This document shows, in pieces, positions 38,795 to 47,668 of a stretch of 64,000 bases of DNA. The stretch's first letter is position 1. Every line of letters begins with the position of its first letter. The translations under genes and the position numbers were made by a program. The DNA is from Rickettsiales bacterium (lineage in GTDB: Bacteria > Pseudomonadota > Alphaproteobacteria > Rickettsiales > UBA1997), in NCBI GenBank assembly GCA_005787525.1, contig SYAR01000005.1:7475-71474 (forward strand), read 5' to 3'. The notes beneath the pieces are model-generated. The model had not been told where the DNA came from, did no database searches, and saw only the letters and a program-made list of their open reading frames with translations.

Positions 38795-39277
38795 ATGAAA
38801 AAAATTGCAATAATAATGGGGAGTCAATCCGATTACGAAACCATGAAAAAATGTGAAGAAATTTTACAAGAATTTGATATTGAGTTTGAAACTAAAATTG
38901 TATCGGCACATCGCACTCCGAAACGTCTTTATCAATTTTGTGAAAATATAAAAAAAGATGGAATTAAATTGATAATTGCAGGAGCGGGAGGGGCTGCCCA
39001 TTTACCGGGAATGGTGGCTTCGATGACTGAAATTCCGGTTCTCGGCGTTCCAATTAAAAGTAAAGCACTCGATGGTTTAGATGCATTTTTTTCAATCGCT
39101 CAAATGCCGGCGGGAATTCCAGCTGGAACTTTAGCGATTGGCGAAGCGGGAGCCAAAAATTCGGCACTTTTGGCGATTGCGATTCTTGCGATGAATGATA
39201 AAAAACTTGCTAAAAAATTAATTGAATTTAGAAAAAAACAAACTGAAGCGGTTGCTTTAACTCCAAAAAAAAGTTAA
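38795..39277 (+). CDS. purE: N5-carboxyaminoimidazole ribonucleotide mutase
   Basis: 160 aa with [14 protein letters not shown] and [12 protein letters not shown] motifs. Confidence 0.9.
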   Translation: MKKIAIIMGSQSDYETMKKCEEILQEFDIEFETKIVSAHRTPKRLYQFCENIKKDGIKLIIAGAGGAAHLPGMVASMTEIPVLGVPIKSKALDGLDAFFSIAQMPAGIPAGTLAIGEAGAKNSALLAIAILAMNDKKLAKKLIEFRKKQTEAVALTPKKS

Positions 39278-39368
39278 AATAAATTGTAAATTTAAATTGA
39301 TTTTTAAAAAAATATCCTGATTATAAAGAAAACTTTTTAAAAAAGTTCAATTTATTTTCCTTAAAAAA

Positions 39369-39557
39369 ATGTTTACAATTTCGTCGCTAAAAAGCTTCAT
39401 CGCAGGCTTTGTTTCAGTATCAACACTAACTTTTGTTAAGTTGAGAAAACACTCCTTCACCGAAGCAAAAATTGCTCTTGAAAAAGATTTTATGGCAATA
39501 ACTCGCGACAAAAATCAAGCCAACTATAAATTAAAAACAAAACATGAACGAACATAG
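39369..39557 (+). CDS. small hypothetical ORF (doubtful)
   Basis: 62 aa with no motif, overlapping the next ORF by 14 nt in another frame. Confidence 0.3.
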   Translation: MFTISSLKSFIAGFVSVSTLTFVKLRKHSFTEAKIALEKDFMAITRDKNQANYKLKTKHERT

Positions 39558-39918
39558 AAATAACCGCGATAGAGATGATTCAAGAAGCGAATCACCAATC
39601 GAACGTAACGTTTTAATCGACCTTACAAAAAAAGAACAAGATCACCGTCACAAACTTCAAGAAAATCAACAAAAAGCCAACAATAATTCCTATTTTTTTG
39701 GCATGATTTTTGGTACAATTTATAATCTTGGATTGCTTTATTTAATTTACGATCTTATCAGTGAAGGCTATCGCTCTCTGGCTCTAAAATTATTTATTAT
39801 AAATGCTTTCTTAATTTTATCATGCTTTAGCTTGTTAACCTTCAGCCGTAAAATGTCAGCCAGAAAGCCATACAATAAAAATTACGACAATAATCGTCGC
39901 AATAATTTTAAAAAGTAG
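39544..39918 (+). CDS. small two-TM membrane protein (DUF2335-like, tentative)
   Basis: 124 aa with a charged N-terminus containing KKEQDHRHKLQE, followed by two hydrophobic helices. This arrangement recalls DUF2335 membrane proteins. Confidence 0.5.
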   Translation: MNEHRNNRDRDDSRSESPIERNVLIDLTKKEQDHRHKLQENQQKANNNSYFFGMIFGTIYNLGLLYLIYDLISEGYRSLALKLFIINAFLILSCFSLLTFSRKMSARKPYNKNYDNNRRNNFKK

Positions 39919-39983
39919 AAGCTATTTTTTAAATAAATAATATTTTCTCTTTTACAAAATATTCTAATCTCACAGTCTCCTTT

Positions 39984-40161
39984 GGCTTATACCCCCAATC
40001 CCCGCAAGCGGGGAGATGGGGATAAGGCTTGCCACCCTACTTTTATTACAATACACTAATAAGGTTTACGGCTTTAGCTCTCCCCTTGAGAGCTAAAGCC
40101 CCTAAAAGTTTTGGAAAACTCGCAACGCCTTCTGGCTTCAGCTCTCCCTTAAGGGGAGAGC
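39984..40161. other. GC-rich island of three strong hairpins (candidate structured ncRNA or intergenic repeat element; identity and strand unknown)
   Basis: H1 (39984-40029) is nested, with inner stem tccccg/cgggga, a CAAG loop and outer stem cccc/gggg. H2 (40070-40100) has a perfect 12-bp stem ggctttagctct/agagctaaagcc. H3 (40141-40161) has an 8-bp stem gctctccc/gggagagc. The motif GGCTTyAGCTCTCCC occurs twice. The island lies between convergent genes. Confidence 0.35.
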
Positions 40162-40339
40162 GATTGCACCATAAGTTTGAGGAGTTCTTTAAGAAAAAAA
40201 GGTACTAGGTTACTTTTTTGCTTGTAAACGTTTCATCTTTTTTTTCAAAAAAGATTCGCGACTGGGATTGCAATGAAATTTTTAGGGGTGCAAAGAATAA
40301 GATGTGAGTAAAAATTTGAATATTATAAGTTTTAAGTGA

Positions 40340-42286
40340 TTAAATATTTTCTTCTTCCAAAAGTTTATATTTTTCTAAATCGCTACCACTTTTTTTTAAT
40401 TTGAATTTCTTAATATTTCCGACTTCTTTTTCTTTTGTTAAATTATCAACCGAATCTTCTGCGGATTGAATATTTTCATATTCTAATTTTTCTGAATTTT
40501 GCGATTTTTTAAATTTGAATTTTTTAATATTTCCATCTTCATTTTCTTTTGTTAAATTCTTATTTTTTTCTGTTGAATTTATTATTAAATCCTCTTTAGA
40601 TTGAGTATTTTTATGTTCTAAATTTGGGTTGTTTTTTTTGTTGAATTTAAAGACCTGTTTATTGTCTTGCTTTGCCTTTAATTCTGTATCTCTGTCAGGC
40701 TTTTGATTGAGCTCTTCACTAGCAATTATTTGCAATTCTTCTTCATCAGCATGTTGCAAATTTTCTGAATCGATCGGCTTCAAATTATCAGAAGTTTTAT
40801 CAATCGTTTTTAATTTTTTTGAATCAATAAAATTAAAAGCTTTTTTGTTGGAATTTTTTGATTTTTTTTCAATTAAAATTATAGTTTCCTCCGGTTCTAT
40901 TTGGACGTTTTCTTGGGGTTTTTTAGGTTGTATTTTTTCCTCTTTTTTACTATCTAAATTTTTCAATAATGTTGATTTATTATTAGGAGCGATAGCTTCT
41001 TGATCATTATTTTGAAAGTCTTCTAGGTTATAATTATTTTTGCTATCTTCGTTAATTGGCGGGTTTAAATCTTCGAGTTTTAAACTTTGTTTTCCAGTTT
41101 TAAATTTAAACTTTTTTACTTCCGATTTAGGTTTGATAATCGGCTTATTTGTTACGATATTTTCTTCGGAAATAATTGGAGAATATTTAATTTTTTTATT
41201 GATATTTGTCGGTATATTTGTCGGTATATTTAAAATTTCTGGTGAATCTTTGGGCAAAGATTTAGCACCTTCGGATGATTTAAATTTATATTTGATTGGT
41301 GATTTTGTTGAAGCAACTTGATTATATTGTTGATTATTTAAAGGAATATTTTGTTCAAATATTTCCGAATCTTTGACATTTCTTTTATTAGATGAAATTA
41401 GTAGATTAGGATCTTCCAGGACTCCGTAAACATCTTCTTGTTGAGGGGTTAAAATTTCACTATCTTGATTTTTTAATATGTAATTTTTAGGAAATTTATT
41501 TAATTTTGAATCGTTAATTTTGGTTTGATTTGAAATGATCGGAAGATTTTCTGGTTCATTTATGGAATTTTTTGAAATAAGTGGAGAGACTTTGGAGACA
41601 TAATCTAAAAAGGATTCCAAAACGCCTTGAGATTTTGAATTTTCTTGGCTTCTTGCGATTAAAAAAGCATCAGCAATTTGACTTTTTAAAAGCAAAGTAT
41701 CGACATTTTTGATTAAATTACCATTCTCAATAATTTGATTTATACATTCAACGCACTTAGAGGTTGTAGCGTGAATCAGAGCACTTTCATTTAGCGAGTT
41801 TAATAAATGTGCTTTGGCACCATTTTTTAAAAGAAGCTCAACTATATCTTTATTACCTGCCAACGAGGCTCTCATTAAAGGGCTCCAGCCTTCATTATCA
41901 ACTATATTAACATTAGCACCATTATCGACTAAAATTTTTGTAATCTCAAAATTACCTTCGCGACAAGCGATGTGAAGCGAAGTTGCTCCGCCCTTGTTGC
42001 GTTGATTGATAACTAAAGCACCAGCTTTGCTAAAAAATTTTACACCGTCAATGTCATTATTGGCGGTTGCAGACATTAAAGTTGAGATACCAGCAAACTG
42101 CTCAGTTGAAGAGTTGTAGAGGCTTTCTATCTGAGCCCAAATTTTTTCATTATACGCAAAAAATAATAAAATTATCACGGATGATATTATTATTTTTTTT
42201 CTAAAAATATCGAAAGACACGTGGTTTTTAAGCTCGATATTCTTGTCTGGCGCTAGATTTTGAGTTGTTATGTTTTTTATGCTCAT
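40340..42286 (-). CDS. ankyrin-repeat protein with N-terminal signal/anchor and repetitive Lys-rich C-terminal tail
   Basis: 648 aa. The hydrophobic segment ends in WAQ. There are at least 3 ANK repeats (GATSLHIACREGNFEITKILVDNGANVN, EGWSPLMRASLAGNKDIVELLLKNGA). The tail carries a repeated (K/V)FKF(K/N) motif. Confidence 0.8.
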   Translation of the reverse strand: MSIKNITTQNLAPDKNIELKNHVSFDIFRKKIIISSVIILLFFAYNEKIWAQIESLYNSSTEQFAGISTLMSATANNDIDGVKFFSKAGALVINQRNKGGATSLHIACREGNFEITKILVDNGANVNIVDNEGWSPLMRASLAGNKDIVELLLKNGAKAHLLNSLNESALIHATTSKCVECINQIIENGNLIKNVDTLLLKSQIADAFLIARSQENSKSQGVLESFLDYVSKVSPLISKNSINEPENLPIISNQTKINDSKLNKFPKNYILKNQDSEILTPQQEDVYGVLEDPNLLISSNKRNVKDSEIFEQNIPLNNQQYNQVASTKSPIKYKFKSSEGAKSLPKDSPEILNIPTNIPTNINKKIKYSPIISEENIVTNKPIIKPKSEVKKFKFKTGKQSLKLEDLNPPINEDSKNNYNLEDFQNNDQEAIAPNNKSTLLKNLDSKKEEKIQPKKPQENVQIEPEETIILIEKKSKNSNKKAFNFIDSKKLKTIDKTSDNLKPIDSENLQHADEEELQIIASEELNQKPDRDTELKAKQDNKQVFKFNKKNNPNLEHKNTQSKEDLIINSTEKNKNLTKENEDGNIKKFKFKKSQNSEKLEYENIQSAEDSVDNLTKEKEVGNIKKFKLKKSGSDLEKYKLLEEENI

Positions 42287-42420
42287 TATTTTTAAAAAAT
42301 TATATACTCAAAATTATAGTATTAAAATTATTAATCAGTAAAAAATTTAACATTGTCTCAAAATAATTTTTTGAATTTTGTGACTTCAAAAATCGAATAT
42401 TAAACTTAGTTTTTAATTTA

Positions 42421-43743
42421 TTATTTCCAACGATTATTTAAATCATTTATAAAAGATTTTTGTTGAGGATTATAATTTTTTTCAATCCAAGTTTTAGCAC
42501 CATTTTTTAATAGATATTGCACTATCAATTCTTTTTTATGGCGATAAGCAATTGATAAGGCCGTAAAGCCATCGTCATCCATATCATTTATGTTTACATT
42601 ATTTTTTATTAACAAATCAACCGCAGGTAAAAATCCCACTCGCGATGCGTGCATTAAATAAGTTCTGCCAAAGGCATCTTTATAATGCAAATCGGCTTTA
42701 TTTTTTGCCAATAATTCTAATGCTTGAAAATCAATTAATTCAATCGCAATTGAAACTGGATTGTGTCCCAGTTTATTGGGTAAATTTGGATCGGCACCTT
42801 TAGCTAAAACCGAAGAAATTACCGAATATTTTTTTAAAAAAATTGCATAAGTTAAAATAGTATCGCCTTGATCGTTGGTTATATTTGGATTCAAAACATA
42901 TTTAAAAGCTTCGTTAAAATAAGAAATGCTTCCCATCGATATTGCAGAAAACATAATATCGATATATTCTTTTGGTGTATAAACAAATGGAATATGAAAA
43001 TTAGTTGTAGTTCGGCTACGATTTAAAATGGGCAAAGGCGGTAATTCCTCTAGTGCAAATGGTGCCAATTCCTTTCTTTTGGGAATAATTTTTTCTTCAT
43101 TATCAAAATCTTCATCCCAAGGGTCTTCTTTTGCAATTAAATCGAATAAATATAAGTTTTTTAAATCTTCAAATTTTTGCAATTTTTCTTGTTGTTTTTT
43201 TTCGTTGAGAGTAATTTTTTCATTTTTTTCTAACTCTAATCTTAATTTACTTTTCTTAGTTTTTGTTTTATTTTTTGGAGAAGCGACTAGCCCCTCCTCT
43301 TCTGGGCTATCTTGACTATCAACATTTTCTTTATTTAAGTCTTTTACCCCTTCATCATTAATTTCTTGAATTGGTTTGTTAATTTTTTTGCGAGATTTTT
43401 TCTTAATTTTTTTTACTGTTTTTTTTGTTGGAGAATTTTTGCTTAGCGAGGGTTTAATAATATTTTTATTTTGGAAATCTTGAATATTTTTTTCCTCAAT
43501 TTTAGTTATGTTATCGACGATATTTTTTTGAACTTCTTGAGGTTTTTCTTGATTTTGAGTCGGTGTTTTTTCAGTTTTATCTAAACCCAGCGATTCAATA
43601 TCAATTTTTCTGACTTCTTCTTGAATTAATTTTTGCATTGCCATGAAATCACCTTGTGCCCAGGATTCAGAACTGTTAAAAAAAAGCAGAAATATAAAAA
43701 AAGATTTTAAAAATTTTATCATCGAAATTATTTTATAAATCAA
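42421..43743 (-). CDS. secreted ankyrin-repeat protein
   Basis: 440 aa with a signal peptide ending SWAQ, a K/E/N-rich low-complexity middle and C-terminal ANK repeats (GRTYLMHASRVGFLPAVDLLIKNNVNIN, DGFTALSIAYRHKKELIVQYLLKNGA). Confidence 0.8.
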   Translation of the reverse strand: MIYKIISMIKFLKSFFIFLLFFNSSESWAQGDFMAMQKLIQEEVRKIDIESLGLDKTEKTPTQNQEKPQEVQKNIVDNITKIEEKNIQDFQNKNIIKPSLSKNSPTKKTVKKIKKKSRKKINKPIQEINDEGVKDLNKENVDSQDSPEEEGLVASPKNKTKTKKSKLRLELEKNEKITLNEKKQQEKLQKFEDLKNLYLFDLIAKEDPWDEDFDNEEKIIPKRKELAPFALEELPPLPILNRSRTTTNFHIPFVYTPKEYIDIMFSAISMGSISYFNEAFKYVLNPNITNDQGDTILTYAIFLKKYSVISSVLAKGADPNLPNKLGHNPVSIAIELIDFQALELLAKNKADLHYKDAFGRTYLMHASRVGFLPAVDLLIKNNVNINDMDDDGFTALSIAYRHKKELIVQYLLKNGAKTWIEKNYNPQQKSFINDLNNRWK

Positions 43744-43758
43744 AAATTGTTAATATTA

Positions 43759-44004
43759 TTATTCAACCGGGTCAAATCCCGATTTTTTTGAAAATGGATG
43801 GCACTTTAAAATTCTTAAAAAACCTTTGTAAATTCCCTTTATTAATCCCTTTTTTTCAATAGCTTCGATCATGTAATTTGAACATGAGGGAGCGAATCGA
43901 CAATTATGCGATCCTAAAAAAAAAGTTAAAAATCTTTGATAAAATTTTATCAAATAAATTGCTAATTTTTTTAATATTTTAATTATGAAATTAAATTTAG
44001 CCAC
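43759..44004 (-). CDS. yidD: membrane protein insertion efficiency factor YidD
   Basis: 81 aa with CRFAPSCSNY and a GF(D)PV C-terminus. It overlaps the 3' end of ligA by 22 nt. Confidence 0.85.
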   Translation of the reverse strand: MAKFNFIIKILKKLAIYLIKFYQRFLTFFLGSHNCRFAPSCSNYMIEAIEKKGLIKGIYKGFLRILKCHPFSKKSGFDPVE

Positions 44005-46139
44005 TCTTCCTCATTTAAAATTTTTATGCCAAGTTCTTGAGCCTTTTTTAACTTAGAGCCTGAATCCTCGCCAGCAACCACGTAATCGGTTTTGCTTGAA
44101 ACCGCTCCCAAAACTTTCATCGCTAAATCTTCGGCAATTTTTTTAGCTTCAGCTCGACTCATTTTTTGTAAACTACCGGTGAAAACTATTGATTTTCCAG
44201 CCAATGGCGAATTATTAATTTTTGGTTTTAGCGGATTAATTTTTAAGTGAATTAACAAATCTTCAATCATTTTTAAATTTTTTTCATCGCGAAAAAAATC
44301 TAAAATTGCTTGCGCCATTTTATCACCAATGCCATCGATTGAAATAAACTCAAAATATTCAGAAAATTCGGGTGAGGAATTAATTTTTTCTAAATCAAAA
44401 TTAGAAAATTTAGCAAATTTTTTGAAAAAATAAATAAAATTTTCAACATTTAAAAAATGATTGGCGAGTGTTTTAGCTGTAGTCTCACCAACATGACGAA
44501 TACCAATCGCATAAATGAATTTATCTAAATCAATTTGACGTTTTTGATTGATGGCAAGAAATAAATTTTCGACCGATTTTTCGCCCCAACCATTTTTGGA
44601 AATTAAAGGTTCGAGACTTGATTTTTCTCTTTCTTCAAGCGTAAAAATATCGGCAAAAGAGCGAATGCGATCTTCTTTAAAAAAATTTTCAATTTGTTTT
44701 TTACCAAGTCCCGAAATATCAAAAGCATCCTTGGAAACGAAATGTTTTAGAGTTTCAATTAATTGAGCTTCGCAAGCTAGGCCACCACTACAACGAAGCA
44801 CCACATCTTCATTATTTTTTATAATTTTTGCCGAGCAAATTGGGCAAAAATGCGGAAATTCAAAATGCTTTTCTTCGCCATTTCTTTTGCTAAAATCAAC
44901 TTCCAAAACTTGCGGAATTACGTCACCCGCTCTTTGAACGGAAACGATGTCGCCTATACGAATATCTTTGCGTAAAATCTCATCTTGATTGTGAAGAGTT
45001 GCGCGAGAAACGACAACTCCGCCGATATTTATACTTTCGAGAATGGCGACGGGAGTAAGTGCTCCCGTTCTACCGATTTGAATAATAATGTCATTAATTT
45101 TGGTCTTTGCCTTCATTGCTGGAAATTTGTGAGCTATCGCAAATCGTGGGCTCCGAGCAATAAATCCTAAGCGATTTTGTAGAATAAAATTATTAACTTT
45201 ATAAACCATTCCATCTAAATCATAATCAAGTTCAAAGCGATTATCGATTATTGATTGATAATGCTTCATTAATTCTTCAATATTTTTACATAATTTTGAA
45301 TTTGGCTCGGTTAAAAAACCAAATTCTTGTAATTTTTTATGCAATTGTTGTTGTGATTCGCAAATAAAATCATCAGAAAAATCGCCCAAAGAATAAGTAA
45401 AATAACTTAAATTTCTTTGAGCGGTAATTTGTGGATCGAGTTGGCGTAAAGACCCAGCTGATGCGTTGCGCGGGTTAGCAAAAATTTTTTCAGATTTTTG
45501 TTCTTGAGCTTTATTTAAATTAAAAAAATCTTTTTTCCCCATGTAAATTTCACCGCGAACTTCTAAAAATTTTGGCGGATTAGAAGTGGTTAAAATTTGT
45601 GGAAAATTTTTAATCATTTTAACATTTGCCGTCACATCCTCGCCTTCAAAGCCATCGCCTCGCGTCGCGCAATATTTTAAAATTCCATTTTCATAGCGAG
45701 CGCTAAAAGAGAGGCCATCAATTTTGGTTTCGCTAAAAAAATTTAAATTATTTTTTGATAAATTTGTTGAAATATTGGTTGAAAATAAATCGCTTTGAGG
45801 GCTTGATTTATAAAGCTCTTGTACATTTTTTTCTAACCCAAGAAAACGTTCAATTTTTTCAATAAAATCAATTATATCCTCTTGATAAAAACCATTTGCC
45901 AAAGAAAGCATCGGCTTGGAATGTTTGATTTTATTGAAGATATCAAGGGATTTGGCTCCAACTTTTTCTTCTTCGGGCGAAAAAAATTTTGGATAATCTT
46001 GTTGATATTTCGCTAAATTTTTTCGCAATTCATCATATTCGGCATCTGAAATTATGGGATTATCATTGCCGTGATAAGCCTCATCATGCTTGGCTATTTC
46101 CGCTTTTAATTGTAAAATTTCATCTAAAATTTTTGACAT
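43983..46139 (-). CDS. ligA: NAD-dependent DNA ligase
   Basis: 718 aa with the adenylation motif ETKIDGLS, a Zn-finger (CPICSAKI...C), HhH repeats and a C-terminal BRCT. Confidence 0.95.
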   Translation of the reverse strand: MSKILDEILQLKAEIAKHDEAYHGNDNPIISDAEYDELRKNLAKYQQDYPKFFSPEEEKVGAKSLDIFNKIKHSKPMLSLANGFYQEDIIDFIEKIERFLGLEKNVQELYKSSPQSDLFSTNISTNLSKNNLNFFSETKIDGLSFSARYENGILKYCATRGDGFEGEDVTANVKMIKNFPQILTTSNPPKFLEVRGEIYMGKKDFFNLNKAQEQKSEKIFANPRNASAGSLRQLDPQITAQRNLSYFTYSLGDFSDDFICESQQQLHKKLQEFGFLTEPNSKLCKNIEELMKHYQSIIDNRFELDYDLDGMVYKVNNFILQNRLGFIARSPRFAIAHKFPAMKAKTKINDIIIQIGRTGALTPVAILESINIGGVVVSRATLHNQDEILRKDIRIGDIVSVQRAGDVIPQVLEVDFSKRNGEEKHFEFPHFCPICSAKIIKNNEDVVLRCSGGLACEAQLIETLKHFVSKDAFDISGLGKKQIENFFKEDRIRSFADIFTLEEREKSSLEPLISKNGWGEKSVENLFLAINQKRQIDLDKFIYAIGIRHVGETTAKTLANHFLNVENFIYFFKKFAKFSNFDLEKINSSPEFSEYFEFISIDGIGDKMAQAILDFFRDEKNLKMIEDLLIHLKINPLKPKINNSPLAGKSIVFTGSLQKMSRAEAKKIAEDLAMKVLGAVSSKTDYVVAGEDSGSKLKKAQELGIKILNEEEWLNLIS

Positions 46140-46142
46140 AAA

Positions 46143-46634
46143 TTAAACTAAATTATCATCATTAACATTATTCAAATTTATAATATTTTTAAGCAAATCG
46201 AAATCATAAAAATAATCTTCGTGAATGGTGTGAATCAAGATTTCATCATCTTCGGTGGCAATGGTAAATAATCCTGCGGTCATGTTAAAACTTGAAATTA
46301 ATAAAGCCGGATTAAAACGATAATTATCTAAAAATTTTATACGATGAATGGTTGGATGAAGCGATTTGCGATTAACGGCTAAATCAAGAATTAAATTCAT
46401 CGATTTAAAAAAATTTTTAATATATAATCCAACGAAATGACTATAAAATCCGAGGCTTAGATAGAGTAATTCACTCTTATTATTTATAAGTTTTAATTGA
46501 TAAGAAATTATGGAGATTATAATTGAAGAAACAATGCCGAATATTAGAAATGGTATCGAAAAATCATGTCCAACGAACATGAAAACGAACCATAAAGTTA
46601 ATAAAAATAAAAATAGGTTGAAAATATTTAGCAT
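46143..46634 (-). CDS. membrane protein, MrpE/MnhE-like (tentative)
   Basis: 163 aa with two N-terminal TM helices. The segment LISSFNMTAGLFTIATEDDEILIHTI resembles the ITLTPGT...L-x-VH motif of Na+/H+ antiporter subunit E. Confidence 0.45.
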   Translation of the reverse strand: MLNIFNLFLFLLTLWFVFMFVGHDFSIPFLIFGIVSSIIISIISYQLKLINNKSELLYLSLGFYSHFVGLYIKNFFKSMNLILDLAVNRKSLHPTIHRIKFLDNYRFNPALLISSFNMTAGLFTIATEDDEILIHTIHEDYFYDFDLLKNIINLNNVNDDNLV

Positions 46635-46700
46635 TGCTCTTTAATAACAATTTAAATTTTAATTTATAACACCATATTTCAATTTTTTTTTAAAAAAACA

Positions 46701-47129
46701 ATGAAAAAAATTTTAATTGTTCAGGCGGTTTTTTATGAAGATATTTCTAGAATGCTTTTAGATGGTGCCATAGCTAAAATTATTAAAAATAATTTTGAAT
46801 ATGAAGTCTTAACTTTAAAGGGTGCTTTAGAAATTCCTTGCGCAATTTCGATTGCCAAGGAAACAAAAAAATATGATGGATTTATCGCTCTTGGTTGCGT
46901 AATTCGAGGCGAAACAACTCATTATGAAACCGTGTGCCAAGAGAGTGCACGAGGTTTAAATGATTTGGCGATAAATCATCAATTAGCAATTGGCAATGGC
47001 ATAATAACCGTTGAAAATGAAGAGCAAGCTTTGGCAAGAGCGGATATGAATAAGCTTGATAAGGGGGGTTTTGCCGTCGAAGCTTGTTTAAGTATAATTT
47101 CAATCAAAGAACAATATAAAAAATTATGA
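46701..47129 (+). CDS. ribH: 6,7-dimethyl-8-ribityllumazine synthase
   Basis: 142 aa with GALEIP and LGCVIRGETTHYE motifs. Confidence 0.9.
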   Translation: MKKILIVQAVFYEDISRMLLDGAIAKIIKNNFEYEVLTLKGALEIPCAISIAKETKKYDGFIALGCVIRGETTHYETVCQESARGLNDLAINHQLAIGNGIITVENEEQALARADMNKLDKGGFAVEACLSIISIKEQYKKL

Positions 47130-47668
47130 AAAAAATCTGTTTAATTTTAGCGATTATGTCCCTCACCTCTTGCATGATTGGCTCTGGAGAAAATTCTTCG
47201 ATCGAAGCCAATAATAATAAATTTCCTTTGATGTCTGGTATTAATTTAGATGGCATAAAACATGATTTACCCAAAGATTTTGCTGGCGAATTAAATTTAG
47301 TGTCGATCGGATTCGAAAGAGAGCATCAAGAAGCTATCAATACTTGGATCGCAGTCGCTGATGAAATTACTAAAAATAATTCTAAAATTAAATTTTACGA
47401 AGTGCCGTTGATTTATGAATTGGGTGGCTTTTCGAGAGCTTGGGTTAATAATGGCATGCGTCTTGGTATTCAAGATAAAATTGCACGCAAAAGAACGATA
47501 ACGGTTTACACTAATCGTGATAAATTTTTTGAAATTATGAATATGAAAGGTGATAAAATTTATACTTTATTGCTTGACAAGGATGGCAAAATTTTGTGGC
47601 GCGCCGAAGGCTTGGCGAATCAAAAAAATATTGAATCATTGCAAAAAATTCTGAAAAAAATTAAATAA
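47126..47668 (+). CDS. lipoprotein, thioredoxin-fold-like (no redox Cys)
   Basis: 180 aa with the lipobox LTSC. It overlaps ribH by 4 nt. The fold assignment is a guess from secondary-structure-like periodicity only. Confidence 0.55.
   Translation: MKKICLILAIMSLTSCMIGSGENSSIEANNNKFPLMSGINLDGIKHDLPKDFAGELNLVSIGFEREHQEAINTWIAVADEITKNNSKIKFYEVPLIYELGGFSRAWVNNGMRLGIQDKIARKRTITVYTNRDKFFEIMNMKGDKIYTLLLDKDGKILWRAEGLANQKNIESLQKILKKIK

Noticed and set aside
39369-39918. Possible frameshifted single gene formed by the 62-aa and 124-aa ORFs (14-nt overlap near an A-rich run).
   Set aside because: There is no homology-based reason to join them. The second ORF has its own ATG and a coherent layout, so it is kept as two ORFs with low confidence for the first.
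39984-40148. Four occurrences of GGCTT-initiated GC-rich motifs, considered as a mini CRISPR-like array.
   Set aside because: The spacing is irregular (about 42, 44 and 63 bp). The 'repeats' are short and only two are truly similar. No cas genes or leader are present.
39961-40330. Tested whether the GC-rich hairpin island is tmRNA (one- or two-piece), RNase P RNA, SRP/4.5S RNA or a tRNA.
   Set aside because: On neither strand could I find the expected signatures. These were a T-loop (GGTTCGAnTCC), an acceptor-CCA end, a tag ORF ending in Ala-Ala-stop, the RNase P P4 strand (GAGGAAAGTCC) or the SRP helix-8 motif (GGAAGCAGCC). ACAG...TGGCTTAT at 39972-39990 only loosely recalls the RNase P 3' P4 strand, and the upstream sequence is a plausible CDS. 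The specific identities are rejected, but the island is kept as an unidentified element.
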